From a virus, in the IMG/VR virus record IMGVR_UViG_3300032242_002920, positions 32,001 through 96,000 of that record: a stretch of 64,000 bases of DNA; one strand, 5' to 3'. The position numbers and the translations under genes are program-made. The notes under the pieces were generated by a model that saw only the letters and a list, made by a program, of their open reading frames with translations, was not told where the DNA came from and did not search any database. This document shows positions 1 to 9,467 of this stretch, one piece after another (position 1 is the stretch's first letter; each line of letters starts with the position of its first letter).

Positions 1-1
1 A

Positions 2-1864
2 TTTGCTCCAATTAGTGAGTATGACAAGTATTTTGGTGGCGCTGGCGCTGCTAAGAAGGCTCATGATTCAATGATTGATCAGTATGGCGAGGAAAAGGGC
101 AAGGAAGTTTTTTACGCTACCATGAATAAAAAGAAGAATAAGCAGGAAAAGAACGCATCAGAAGGATTTGTTCCGCCAGAGTCAGTTCAGAATAATGCTC
201 GTCGCGGCCTTGAAATGGCTGAGGCTGGAGAGGCTGGCGACGGTCTTGAATCTGCAACCAAGGGTCGCGCTCACGACATTGCTTCTGGTAAGGCTCTTTC
301 TTTAGATCATGTTAAGCGTATGCATTCATTCTTTGAACGTCATGACAAGACCCGTCCCGATGATGGCGGCAAGGGTAATTCTCCTTGGAAGACCGCTTGG
401 ATGCTTTGGGGAGGAGATTCTGGTCGTTCTTGGGCAGAATCAGTCGTAGGCAAAGAAGTCGGTCATGATAAGAGCGAAAAAACTTCTAATGATAAACCTC
501 AATTTACTAAAACTCGTGCGCCCGAAGATGTTGACACTTTGCGTGAAGACACAATTTGCGAAATTTGTGGTTCAACTATGGACGGTCCACAATGCGACGT
601 ATGTGGATATGAAGAAGAGCCTAAGGGATTTAGTGATCCAGACCTTAATGCTGCTAAAAAGCATGACGAGGAAGAGGCTAATGAAGAAACCTTTAGTAAT
701 CTTGACGTTGATACTATTAATTTGCCTACCGTCGCTCATGTAACTGATACGGAAGAGTTGAAAACCGACTTTAAGGTATCACAAATTAATAAAATTGAAA
801 AACCAATACTTCCAGTTCAAGGCCCTCCAGCCTCGAACGAGCCGAAGGATCATGTTGTGAAGGACCAAAAGGCACCCGTCACATCATCATCAGTTCGCAC
901 CGCATTGGATTTCCTTGCGGCTGCTGGTAACAGAAAAAGGAACAACATGGAAACACATATCGCTGACGCAATGACAAGCGCACCAGCAGTTGCTAAACCC
1001 GACTATAGTACAGAAGTTGAGGGTGTAGGCGGCGTTGGTGGAGCTTCGAATGAAGACGCATCCAAGGCTGACGCTCAGGTAAATGTTACCGAAATCGGTG
1101 GCGTTTCTGGCGTTGGTACTGGCGATGAAAAGACAGTAGAAGTTGATCAGGGCGATGAGCACTCAAAGAACATTGAAGTTATCCATACGGATACCTTCCA
1201 TGGCGATAAGGGTGATTCACTCGGTCAGCAAGATCCTGTAACTGACGTAAGTTCTTATCAGGTATTTAATTCTGATAGTTTTACGCCACTTAAGCATCAT
1301 GAGGAACCAGCCAAGAAGTCTTCTTGGGTAGTTTCTGATGTTAAGGGAACGGAGCCTTCTGACCCAATGGGCAAGGCTCAAGATCGCATCGACGTATCGC
1401 ATGGCGATGCGCACTCCATCACAACTCAGGATTCTGGCCCAACTAAGACTTGGACCGGCACTGAAGGTAATGGCGTAACCCGTCAAGCTGATCCGGTAGA
1501 TTCAAAGGATGAATCCTTCTACCACGAACAGAATAGTAAGGAGTTTTATCCAACTGGCGTATCTGATAAGGATTATGCTTTTGGTGATAAGAACTCGCAT
1601 CTCATGACAGCATTTAAACTTGCTGACACCGAGATCGAACTTGGTCTACTTGATGCTTCTCAGAAGTATCAGCGTGTGGCTGAGCTTGAAAAGGCAGCGC
1701 CCTCGATTGTTGAGGCTTCGCTTGAATACGCATCTCGCGTAAAGACGGCTGGTCTCAAGAAGTCGGCGCGGACAGCCCGGAGACTTCCGTCTCTGGTTAG
1801 GGAGGCAAGTACTGCTCCCGAGTCAACTCAGACTGATTCAGATGATTCAGCTCTGTTCATGTAA
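2..1864 (+). CDS. Head morphogenesis/scaffold-like protein, 5'-partial (frame open from the window edge)
   Basis: Frame is open from base 2, upstream of ATG 71. Has a phage head-associated segment (PPESVQNNARRGL...VKRMHSFFERH...AWMLWGGDSGRSW), a CxxC...CxxC zinc ribbon and a long acidic C-terminus. Sits directly upstream of the capsid genes. Confidence 0.6.
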   Translation, partial: FAPISEYDKYFGGAGAAKKAHDSMIDQYGEEKGKEVFYATMNKKKNKQEKNASEGFVPPESVQNNARRGLEMAEAGEAGDGLESATKGRAHDIASGKALSLDHVKRMHSFFERHDKTRPDDGGKGNSPWKTAWMLWGGDSGRSWAESVVGKEVGHDKSEKTSNDKPQFTKTRAPEDVDTLREDTICEICGSTMDGPQCDVCGYEEEPKGFSDPDLNAAKKHDEEEANEETFSNLDVDTINLPTVAHVTDTEELKTDFKVSQINKIEKPILPVQGPPASNEPKDHVVKDQKAPVTSSSVRTALDFLAAAGNRKRNNMETHIADAMTSAPAVAKPDYSTEVEGVGGVGGASNEDASKADAQVNVTEIGGVSGVGTGDEKTVEVDQGDEHSKNIEVIHTDTFHGDKGDSLGQQDPVTDVSSYQVFNSDSFTPLKHHEEPAKKSSWVVSDVKGTEPSDPMGKAQDRIDVSHGDAHSITTQDSGPTKTWTGTEGNGVTRQADPVDSKDESFYHEQNSKEFYPTGVSDKDYAFGDKNSHLMTAFKLADTEIELGLLDASQKYQRVAELEKAAPSIVEASLEYASRVKTAGLKKSARTARRLPSLVREASTAPESTQTDSDDSALFM

Positions 1865-1978
1865 AAATTAAGGAAATATTACTTTATTTTTACATACCGC
1901 CGTCTAGAAACAATTGAAACGGCGTAGCGCCATAAGGCGTGAAACTAATCACAAAAAAGAAATAGGAATAATACAAAT

Positions 1979-2584
1979 ATGCTTAGACTAAAGAATCTAG
2001 CTAATAAGTATCAGAAGCGCACTTGTCGGCCAGTATATGCCAATACTCAGGCTACGCCGTTTGCTGCGTCTCTGGACGATTCATTCCGTAGCTCGGGAGC
2101 ACTTGTGCTTCCCAAGAACAGCAGTGGTACTGCTGGTGCTGGTAACAACCCATCGGCTGTTACTCGTACCGCTGACGCATTTACCTCCAAGAACTCACTT
2201 GTCCCCGGACTTGTTCTTGTCAAGGTAGCAGGATCTGAAAAGGTCACTGTTGCTGCTGGTCTTGCAGGCACCGCTGAGCGCCCATTTGGTCTTCTTGCCA
2301 ACTTTGTTGGTGGAGATCTAGATGAGGGCTTCTCTGGTGACTCGCTACAGAATGAAGTAGGCGTATGGCGCGGTCCCGACGCAGTTTTCGAGATCCTCGC
2401 TCCTGCTTACGATGACACCAATATGGCGTCAACACTCACAACTAACGCAGGTACTGCAACAGCAACACCTCTTTATGCACAGGCTGATGGTCGCCTTGGC
2501 ATTAGCTCCGGTTCTTCAAGGACCGTCGTTGCTTATCTGCTTAAGCAAGAGACAAATCGTATTCTTGTGGACCTCGCGGTATAA
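1979..2584 (+). CDS. Capsid decoration / minor capsid protein
   Basis: 201 aa, Gly/Ala-rich, immediately before the major capsid gene, with codon usage like the capsid gene. Confidence 0.65.
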   Translation: MLRLKNLANKYQKRTCRPVYANTQATPFAASLDDSFRSSGALVLPKNSSGTAGAGNNPSAVTRTADAFTSKNSLVPGLVLVKVAGSEKVTVAAGLAGTAERPFGLLANFVGGDLDEGFSGDSLQNEVGVWRGPDAVFEILAPAYDDTNMASTLTTNAGTATATPLYAQADGRLGISSGSSRTVVAYLLKQETNRILVDLAV

Positions 2585-2593
2585 GAAAGGAAT

Positions 2594-3682
2594 ATGATAA
2601 ATATGTCACTTGAATTAACATCACGTAAGGCTGTTTCATCAGCCGATTACGAGGCCAAGCTTGCTAATGCTCCTAAGCTTAGCAAGGAGGCCAAGGCTCA
2701 GAAGCTTCAGTCAATCCTAAAGGATTCATCGAACGCTATGCGCCGCATCGGTCAGGGCATGATCGGCCCAATCCAGATCCGTCTTCGTTATGAGGGCATT
2801 ACTCGTAATGTTCTTATTGAGGATACTCTGGAGCGCGGTCCACTTATGCCTTACGACATCCTTGACGATCTGGGACGGGCTTATATCCTTAACCAGACCG
2901 ACTCGGAAGTTAAGATCACCCCATTCGAGGGCAAGCAGGCTTTCCCTCAGCTTTTCCGTATCGCTACGTTCCCACGTATCCGTAAGGAAGACCTCTACTA
3001 CCTTCGCGTAAACGCTGTTGAGTACGCACAGGATGAGAGCCGTCAGGCAATCCAGAAGCAGGAGGACGCTCGTCTTATCCTTCTTCTTGAGGCTGCCATT
3101 GCTGAGCTTGGTTCAGCCCGCACTGCCACAGGTTCAAATGCCGTCACTGGCGTTGCTCCTACAGGTGGTCGTCAGACAGGTATCGCTGCTGGTTCATCAG
3201 GTGAGCAGACCGTTCTCATTGGAGACGGCAACCCACTTGAGCCTAGCGATTTCTATCAGGCCGTATCACAGATCGAGATCAACCAGCTTGAAGCTCGTCG
3301 TATCCTCATTCACCCTGCGGATGCCCGTGACTTCTACAACTGGGATCTCAATGTAACCGGCTTTGAGTTCAAGGATAAGGTATTTGGTGGAGAGAAGATC
3401 ACCACATTTGGTGAGTTCCAGATCCAGCGTTCGATCATCGTCCCACAGGGCGAGGTTTTCCTTACCGCTGAGCCTGACTACGTTGGTGTCTTCCCCGTCA
3501 TGTACTCACTTGACGTTGAGGAGAATCACTCCGTTGAAACATTCTGGAAGGGATGGGTCATGGACGAACTCGTTGGTATGCTTATTCTTAACGCTCGCGG
3601 TCTTTCGCGCATTGTTAAGGGTAGCTCGAACCCTGTTTCGCCAACCTACCCAACCAAGCTGGACATCTCAGGTCTTTCCTGA
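2594..3682 (+). CDS. Major capsid protein
   Basis: 362 aa; MIGPIQIRLRYEGITRNVLIED and FGEFQIQRSIIVPQG resemble Bxz1-type MCPs; strongly biased codons; followed by a terminator. Alternative start 2603. Confidence 0.88.
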   Translation: MINMSLELTSRKAVSSADYEAKLANAPKLSKEAKAQKLQSILKDSSNAMRRIGQGMIGPIQIRLRYEGITRNVLIEDTLERGPLMPYDILDDLGRAYILNQTDSEVKITPFEGKQAFPQLFRIATFPRIRKEDLYYLRVNAVEYAQDESRQAIQKQEDARLILLLEAAIAELGSARTATGSNAVTGVAPTGGRQTGIAAGSSGEQTVLIGDGNPLEPSDFYQAVSQIEINQLEARRILIHPADARDFYNWDLNVTGFEFKDKVFGGEKITTFGEFQIQRSIIVPQGEVFLTAEPDYVGVFPVMYSLDVEENHSVETFWKGWVMDELVGMLILNARGLSRIVKGSSNPVSPTYPTKLDISGLS

Positions 3683-3708
3683 TTCTAGCTATCCTCTTTG
3701 AGGTAAAG

Positions 3709-3737
3709 AAAAGGCCCCCAGAAATGGGGGCCTTTTT
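3709..3737. terminator. Bidirectional intrinsic terminator
   Basis: AAAAGGCCCCCA-GAAA-TGGGGGCCTTTTT between convergent genes. Confidence 0.9.
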
Positions 3738-3757
3738 ATTTGTCTAAATGTTTAAAT

Positions 3758-4309
3758 TTATGCAAGACCTAGGCCGGTCACATGCCTAGTTCGATATTGA
3801 TGATAAGTATTAGTTTGAGTAGTGTAATAATAGCACTGAGATCCAGTTTTTGGTGACCAGCAGGTTCTTGATTCGCCACTTTCTTTTGAAATTGGGTGAT
3901 CCCATCTAATGTGAGTACCAAACCACCATAATTCCATAAATATATGAGATGCTTTGTAATAAATTACAACACCGGCATCTTTATAATTTGCACCCTTACC
4001 GGCTCCACCAAAACTAGAAAAAGTCGTGCTAATTGGGTTAGCTGGTAATCCACCGTGCCATTGAGATTTAAGTCCAGCTTTATAAGTAACGTAAGCTATG
4101 GAAGAAGAGCAATCGTAAGCTTTATTTAATCTTGTATATTGATAATCTCCATGAGATCCTCCATATACGTATGGTTTTTTATAAATTTGATTGCCATGTT
4201 GAATTAAAGCTGAAAGAACATTGTACGAATGCTGAGCCTTTGCATTCAAATTATGAATGTCAGTGTGGATAAAAGCTCTGCCGTTTTGAGTTCCAATTTT
4301 ATTCGCCAT
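3758..4309 (-). CDS. NlpC/P60-family cysteine peptidase
   Basis: PYVYGGSH...YDCSSSIAY...SHIFM catalytic Cys/His pattern. Confidence 0.7.
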   Translation of the reverse strand: MANKIGTQNGRAFIHTDIHNLNAKAQHSYNVLSALIQHGNQIYKKPYVYGGSHGDYQYTRLNKAYDCSSSIAYVTYKAGLKSQWHGGLPANPISTTFSSFGGAGKGANYKDAGVVIYYKASHIFMELWWFGTHIRWDHPISKESGESRTCWSPKTGSQCYYYTTQTNTYHQYRTRHVTGLGLA

Positions 4310-4342
4310 GTCTATTAAATTTCAGATACAATCAATTTTAAT

Positions 4343-5260
4343 TTATAAATTGATAGGGTGCCTAGCAACATAGGCGCTATTGTCTACTGTAGCGGCCTGC
4401 CACCTAGACGGGTGCGCGCCTGACGTGTCAAATCTAAGTCCGGCAACGTACATGTAAGCATGACCGGAATTAGCGTAAACAGTAACCCACTTACCCGTTC
4501 CTGCGCGACCCCATGATTCTAATGATCCTGAGTCCATTGGAGTATCAAGTAGTTTTGCTCCGTGAAGAGCATATGATACCGAACCAGAACAATCATAACC
4601 CGAGTCTAAAAAAGATCCGTGGCCACCGCCCCATAGGTAAGGAAGAGTATTAATTTGATTTCCAGCCCAAATAACGCGTTTAACGGATTCTGGAGCATTA
4701 TTGGGGGCATATGCCACATTATTATAAAAAATTGCTCTAGAACCCATTACAATGGGTCTGAGAGGGTCTAGGCTAACCTTATAGGCGATCCTAGCGCGAA
4801 TCTTTTTAATTTTAGTTTTCCACTTGTATGTGTAGAAGTGAACAACGGGATTATTCCAATTATTCATTTGAATTCCACAGTGAACCCAAATGTCAAGTTG
4901 AGAACCCCAGCCAATGTGATCCTCTACCCTAAAGTAGTGTTTGCCATAAATAGCTTTAGGAAAATAAATATTCGTTCCTAATGGAAGAAAATTGTTGGCA
5001 ACTTCGCCAAACCTTGGCGTTGTTCCCATTGATGTGCTACCGCCACCACCTGAAGCATCACAACCTTCGGTAGAATAAGCAGTTGCTTGAACCGTAAACG
5101 ATTGAATTGGCACTCGTACACGATATTTTTGCGTCTTAATTACTACAGGACCCGGAATTGTTGTTGTAGGGATCTGTACTGTATTGGCTTTCGCCGTTTC
5201 AGGGGCAACAAATGTACCCAGAATAGCAGCAACAACTACTGCCGTTTTTGAATAAAGCAT
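4343..5260 (-). CDS. Secreted cell-wall hydrolase: signal peptide + 3D domain + NlpC/P60
   Basis: Hydrophobic N-terminus ending AKA; ATAYS...PLGT...VEDHIG..QLDIW (3D-like); PYLWGGGHG...YDCSGSVSY...GHAYM (NlpC/P60). Alternative GTG start 5278. Confidence 0.8.
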   Translation of the reverse strand: MLYSKTAVVVAAILGTFVAPETAKANTVQIPTTTIPGPVVIKTQKYRVRVPIQSFTVQATAYSTEGCDASGGGGSTSMGTTPRFGEVANNFLPLGTNIYFPKAIYGKHYFRVEDHIGWGSQLDIWVHCGIQMNNWNNPVVHFYTYKWKTKIKKIRARIAYKVSLDPLRPIVMGSRAIFYNNVAYAPNNAPESVKRVIWAGNQINTLPYLWGGGHGSFLDSGYDCSGSVSYALHGAKLLDTPMDSGSLESWGRAGTGKWVTVYANSGHAYMYVAGLRFDTSGAHPSRWQAATVDNSAYVARHPINL

Positions 5261-5418
5261 AAAGTTTCCTTGGAACACACCCTCTTGTCCTACATTTACT
5301 TCGCAAGCCCGTCTACTTTACAGCTAGACTTTAAACTACTTGGGCTGAGTGAGACCAGTGGAATAACTCCTTTCGTTCGTTTTAGAAAAACAAAAACCAA
5401 ATATCGGCTTGTGCAGAT

Positions 5419-5447
5419 ACTATACCAGATAGCACTGTATTAATCAA
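5419..5447 (-). promoter_or_regulatory. Housekeeping-sigma promoter for the NlpC/P60 pair
   Basis: Minus strand TTGATT-17 nt-TATAGT with TG extension. Confidence 0.6.
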
Positions 5448-5558
5448 GCTTCACTTTGGCTTACTATTTACATGGTCGGTTCGCTGAGATAATCAGTGGC
5501 AAAGTCTCGTTAGTAGTATCAAGTTAAGTCATATATTGTTATAGAAAGAGAGAAATTT

Positions 5559-6173
5559 ATGCCACCTAAGAAAGTATCCCCTAGGGGTCAGGCTGCTGAA
5601 CCTGCCGGAGCTAAGGCGACACCTGCCAAGCGCACGGCAACAAAGGCTAAGCCAGCCCCCAAGAAAAGTGCACCATCTAATACAAATAAGTACGTGCGGA
5701 ATGTTCGTGGAGTCGATGTTCGTGTAACATTTGATTCCGGTCGCAGGATTCAGCTTGCACCTCGCGGTCAGCGCAATGATATGACTGCGATTAGTAAAGA
5801 AGAATTGGATGATCCAATTTTCCTTAACAATCTCGGAATGCTTTACGAAGTTATTTCATCTTCTGAAGCTAATGAAATTCGTGAAAAGCAAGCAACTAAC
5901 GCATCGTCATACACCCATCCTCGTCCAGAGCACATTCTGACAACAGAGCATGGTAAGCCAAGTGACTTTGGAGGTATCGCTCCTTCAAATGTTGAGCAAA
6001 GTATTACCATCGGACATCTTACAGAAACCGAGGGTAGAAACAATGAACAGAAGTCTATTGAGGTAACTCGTAGCGTTCAGCCAGAAAGGGTTGACGTTCC
6101 CGGATCTGCCTCATCGGACCAATATGGAGCATCAATTTCAGTTGCTCCACTACCCCCAATTAGTGAACGTTAA
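5559..6173 (+). CDS. Hypothetical protein with Lys/Ala/Pro-rich N-terminus
   Basis: 204 aa ORF, purine-rich RBS, located in the head/neck region. Confidence 0.6.
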   Translation: MPPKKVSPRGQAAEPAGAKATPAKRTATKAKPAPKKSAPSNTNKYVRNVRGVDVRVTFDSGRRIQLAPRGQRNDMTAISKEELDDPIFLNNLGMLYEVISSSEANEIREKQATNASSYTHPRPEHILTTEHGKPSDFGGIAPSNVEQSITIGHLTETEGRNNEQKSIEVTRSVQPERVDVPGSASSDQYGASISVAPLPPISER

Positions 6174-6187
6174 AATAAAGGAATAAT

Positions 6188-6478
6188 ATGATCGATTACA
6201 ATCGAGTAAGTCGCGATATTACTGAATCATACAAGCATACTGTTGAGCAGTCCATTGAAGAGACCAAGGCTCATCTTGCAAAGCTTGAAGGTTATCTTAA
6301 AGAAGTAACTGACTTTCTTAACAAGGCGGTTTCAACTGCAACTGAAGTCGCAGAAGTTGCGGTAGAAGAAGTTGTTGAGACTGTAAAGAAGGCCGCCCCT
6401 AAGAAGGCTGTCGCCAAGAAGGTTGAGTCTAAGGTAGAGGAAGTTTCTGCCGAAGAGCCTGAAGCAGACAAGAAGTAA
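6188..6478 (+). CDS. Small coiled-coil, Glu/Lys-rich hypothetical protein
   Basis: AAAGGA RBS, 96 aa, followed by a hairpin. Confidence 0.6.
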   Translation: MIDYNRVSRDITESYKHTVEQSIEETKAHLAKLEGYLKEVTDFLNKAVSTATEVAEVAVEEVVETVKKAAPKKAVAKKVESKVEEVSAEEPEADKK

Positions 6479-6501
6479 TTTTAATTGCATATGATTTTGC
6501 G

Positions 6502-6532
6502 AATGAGCCGTCTAAATGACGGCTCATTTGTT
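6502..6532 (+). terminator. Probable intrinsic terminator
   Basis: AATGAGCCGTC-TAAAT-GACGGCTCATT followed by TGTT. Confidence 0.7.
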
Positions 6533-6576
6533 ATGTCACCTTTTAAGAACCGTTACCTCTAGCAATTAATTATTGC

Positions 6577-7482
6577 ATGAGCCTTGGATATGACAGACAA
6601 ACAAAAATCGTTGCTCTTAACGATTCGGCACGACTTGTTGCTCGTCTTTATGATGATAAAGAACAGCTTTATTCTTATGAAGACCTCGCTGCCGTAACAT
6701 TTACTATTCAAAGGCCCGCTGATCGGGCAAATGACGATAATACTAATCAAAGAAATAATTCTGAGTATGCTAGCCCACCGGAACAAATTGTTCGAGACGG
6801 AGAAATTTTAGAAAATGGAACGGGAGTTGTAGTTCTTGGAGGCACCGGCGAGACCGACCGTTTAGGTCATCATATTGTGGTTGCAACTTTTGAACTGGTT
6901 GATGGAACAATTAAATCAACAAGGTGCGATTTTGAAATATTCGATCCATTTGCAGTTATTGATACACCGATTCGCGTTGTTGCAGATGGCGTTTGGACTA
7001 AACTTGAAGATTGTTTTGATGCAGAAAATGAAGGACCTTGGGTTCAAGATATGACTCTTCATTTTTTCCGTGAAGAAAAGATGGAAAAGTTTATTAACGA
7101 TGCTCTTTTTGATATTAATTATCAAAATCCTCCGACCAATGTTGGCGTAACTGGTTTTGTTGGAGGAGACAATGTTCCAACTTCGGACTATCCGCTTCTT
7201 GTTCAAGCCATTTTTGTTCAAGTTCTTCGTCACATTATGCGTTCTTATGTTGAGCAACCGCTTCCAACTGGAGCGCAAATTGCATATCAAGATCGTCGGG
7301 ACTACCTTCAACGTTGGCAAAGCATGTATGAATTAGAACTTGAACAGTACATGCGTTGGCTTGCCCTTTGGAAGCGCGGTTTCCTTCAGCTTGGTCACAG
7401 CAGACTACTTGTATCCGCCAAAGCTGGTCGCCTCATTCCTGCTCCAATGCGAGCAAGGTCTGTTGGACGCGGTTATTGGTAA
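6577..7482 (+). CDS. Head-tail adaptor / neck protein
   Basis: Position after the capsid block; Ig-like N-terminus plus a helical C-terminus (DRRDYLQRW) resembling myovirus neck proteins. Confidence 0.55.
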   Translation: MSLGYDRQTKIVALNDSARLVARLYDDKEQLYSYEDLAAVTFTIQRPADRANDDNTNQRNNSEYASPPEQIVRDGEILENGTGVVVLGGTGETDRLGHHIVVATFELVDGTIKSTRCDFEIFDPFAVIDTPIRVVADGVWTKLEDCFDAENEGPWVQDMTLHFFREEKMEKFINDALFDINYQNPPTNVGVTGFVGGDNVPTSDYPLLVQAIFVQVLRHIMRSYVEQPLPTGAQIAYQDRRDYLQRWQSMYELELEQYMRWLALWKRGFLQLGHSRLLVSAKAGRLIPAPMRARSVGRGYW

Positions 7483-7505
7483 AACTACGACACTTAATAT
7501 ATACA

Positions 7506-7961
7506 ATGGCAAATATTACAAAATACTTAGAAAAAGCACTTCTTGCGCAAAGCGTTGGCGTTACCAACCCTACTAATAATAATAATTTTTCTGTTAGCGG
7601 TACTTACGCAGCTTTGTTTACAACATCTCCAACTGCTGATTATACCAGCACATATCCAGATGGGGTTGAGGTATCAAATAGTATTGGTTCTCCGGTTTAC
7701 ACAAGGCAAGCAATTACTTGGGGTACGGCTATGAATAATGTAGACCAGACTAATTCTTCTAAAATTCAAAACACCAATTCAATTGTATGGACTGCAAGTG
7801 GCAATTGGGGCACAGTTACTACTATCGGCATTTTTGATAATTCCAATGTTGGATCTGGTAACCTCCTTTGGTTTGGACCGCTTTCAGCAAGTGCAACATT
7901 GGGATCAAGCGGTGACACATTAACATTGTCATCTGGAACCTTAACCTTGACCCTTGCATAA
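7506..7961 (+). CDS. Small virion structural protein (tail/neck decoration family)
   Basis: TKYLEKALL...YAALFTTSP...YTRQAITW...WGTVTTIGIFD...GNLLWFG pattern common in phage virion proteins; ATG 7506. Confidence 0.7.
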   Translation: MANITKYLEKALLAQSVGVTNPTNNNNFSVSGTYAALFTTSPTADYTSTYPDGVEVSNSIGSPVYTRQAITWGTAMNNVDQTNSSKIQNTNSIVWTASGNWGTVTTIGIFDNSNVGSGNLLWFGPLSASATLGSSGDTLTLSSGTLTLTLA

Positions 7962-7970
7962 GGGGTTAAG

Positions 7971-8759
7971 GTGGCTAATTACACCCCAACATCACTTTTA
8001 AGCTCAACCGCAGCGTTGGCTTCTTCTTATGGACTTGCTACTAAAGTTCATAATAATTTGCTATATGCTACTAAATATGTAGGCGAAGAAAACGCTCCGC
8101 AAGATATTAAACGTCTTCGTCGTCAAGTGCATGACATGATGCGTCGTATGGGTCAACCAGTTATTATTAAAAAAATGTTGACCATTAAAGATGTTGAATT
8201 AAATTATGCGATGAGGTCGCCAAATTACGATTCAATTTATGGTCAATCTAGAAATAATGACAATCTTGCTTGGGGCGCAGGATTTGTATCAAAAGAACTT
8301 TCAGAAGATGAATGGATTAATCCCTCAACAGGGGAAATTATTCGATCAGATTATGCTCCCGATTCAAGTTGGCCAAATGCTCCAAAATATCGCGGATTTG
8401 GTCCTAGCATCGTTACCTATCTTATTGAGCCTGATACTCCCCAAGATTACTTTACATTAACCCCTACGGGCGCGATGATTCAAGTGCAGAATGCAGATGT
8501 TACAATGGCGTGGTTTCCTAAAGTAAATGACAATGATCTTATCATTAATGTTGAATTAGACGATTACGGTCATGTTGTTAGCTCCGGACGTAGATATCAG
8601 GCTAAAATGACAAATCCTGTCACAATTCGAGGATTAGATCGTAAGGGTCGCAAAGAATACGAAGGAGATCTTGGTAATAGACACATGGTAAATCAAATGT
8701 ATCAAATGTCCTTGCTTCCTGAAAATCATGTTCTTAATAATGTGGAGATTGATCGATGA
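7971..8759 (+). CDS. Head closure / neck protein
   Basis: Position in the neck cluster; GGGG RBS and GTG start; overlaps the next gene by ATGA. Confidence 0.5.
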   Translation: MANYTPTSLLSSTAALASSYGLATKVHNNLLYATKYVGEENAPQDIKRLRRQVHDMMRRMGQPVIIKKMLTIKDVELNYAMRSPNYDSIYGQSRNNDNLAWGAGFVSKELSEDEWINPSTGEIIRSDYAPDSSWPNAPKYRGFGPSIVTYLIEPDTPQDYFTLTPTGAMIQVQNADVTMAWFPKVNDNDLIINVELDDYGHVVSSGRRYQAKMTNPVTIRGLDRKGRKEYEGDLGNRHMVNQMYQMSLLPENHVLNNVEIDR

Positions 8760-9418
8760 ATTATTTGCCTGAAAAAACAATTAGGTACAAGACTTATATT
8801 AAAACTGCTTTGGTTGAATCCCTTAGACCCGTTTTTAATCAGCATGTTGATCAAAAATTGCAAGATACTAAAGTCACAATTGATTTTCCTAAGGAGCGCC
8901 AATCGTTTCCATCTGTTGTTGTTAGATTTTATGAAAAAGAAATTTTTAATGCAGGAGTTGGTCACAAAGAGCAAGTTGTTAACGAAGATGGTCAAGTTTT
9001 AAATTTTAAACATTATTTTTACAAAGGAGATATTGAACTAGGTATTTATACTTTATCCGCCTTAGATAGGGACTTAGTTGCAGATACTTTGGTACAAACT
9101 ATTGCAATGGGAGACCTGTCTTCGTACACCAATCAATTTTTTAACAGAATTTATCCACCTAACTCAGACGAATTTCCTGACTCAATCGGACATTTTATTA
9201 ATATAAACAGTGATAAGATTACTGGATTTGGAGAAACTCAAACTTCCGTTCCGTGGGATTCGGAAGACGATTTAGTTTACAACATTTCTTATCGAGTAGA
9301 AGTATTTGGAGAATTCTATAGTCTTCCCCCAGATTTACCGTATTCATATGTTACGGATGTCAAATTGTATCCATTCATTACCGGAGTGGACACATCTTCA
9401 ACAGACAACCCAACATAA
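8756..9418 (+). CDS. Tail terminator / completion protein
   Basis: Directly upstream of the sheath; IDFPKERQSFPSVVV pattern. Confidence 0.55.
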   Translation: MNYLPEKTIRYKTYIKTALVESLRPVFNQHVDQKLQDTKVTIDFPKERQSFPSVVVRFYEKEIFNAGVGHKEQVVNEDGQVLNFKHYFYKGDIELGIYTLSALDRDLVADTLVQTIAMGDLSSYTNQFFNRIYPPNSDEFPDSIGHFININSDKITGFGETQTSVPWDSEDDLVYNISYRVEVFGEFYSLPPDLPYSYVTDVKLYPFITGVDTSSTDNPT

Positions 9419-9467
9419 ACCTTCTTTATTGTATTTCGCTAACTTATAATTTTTGAAAGATATTTAT

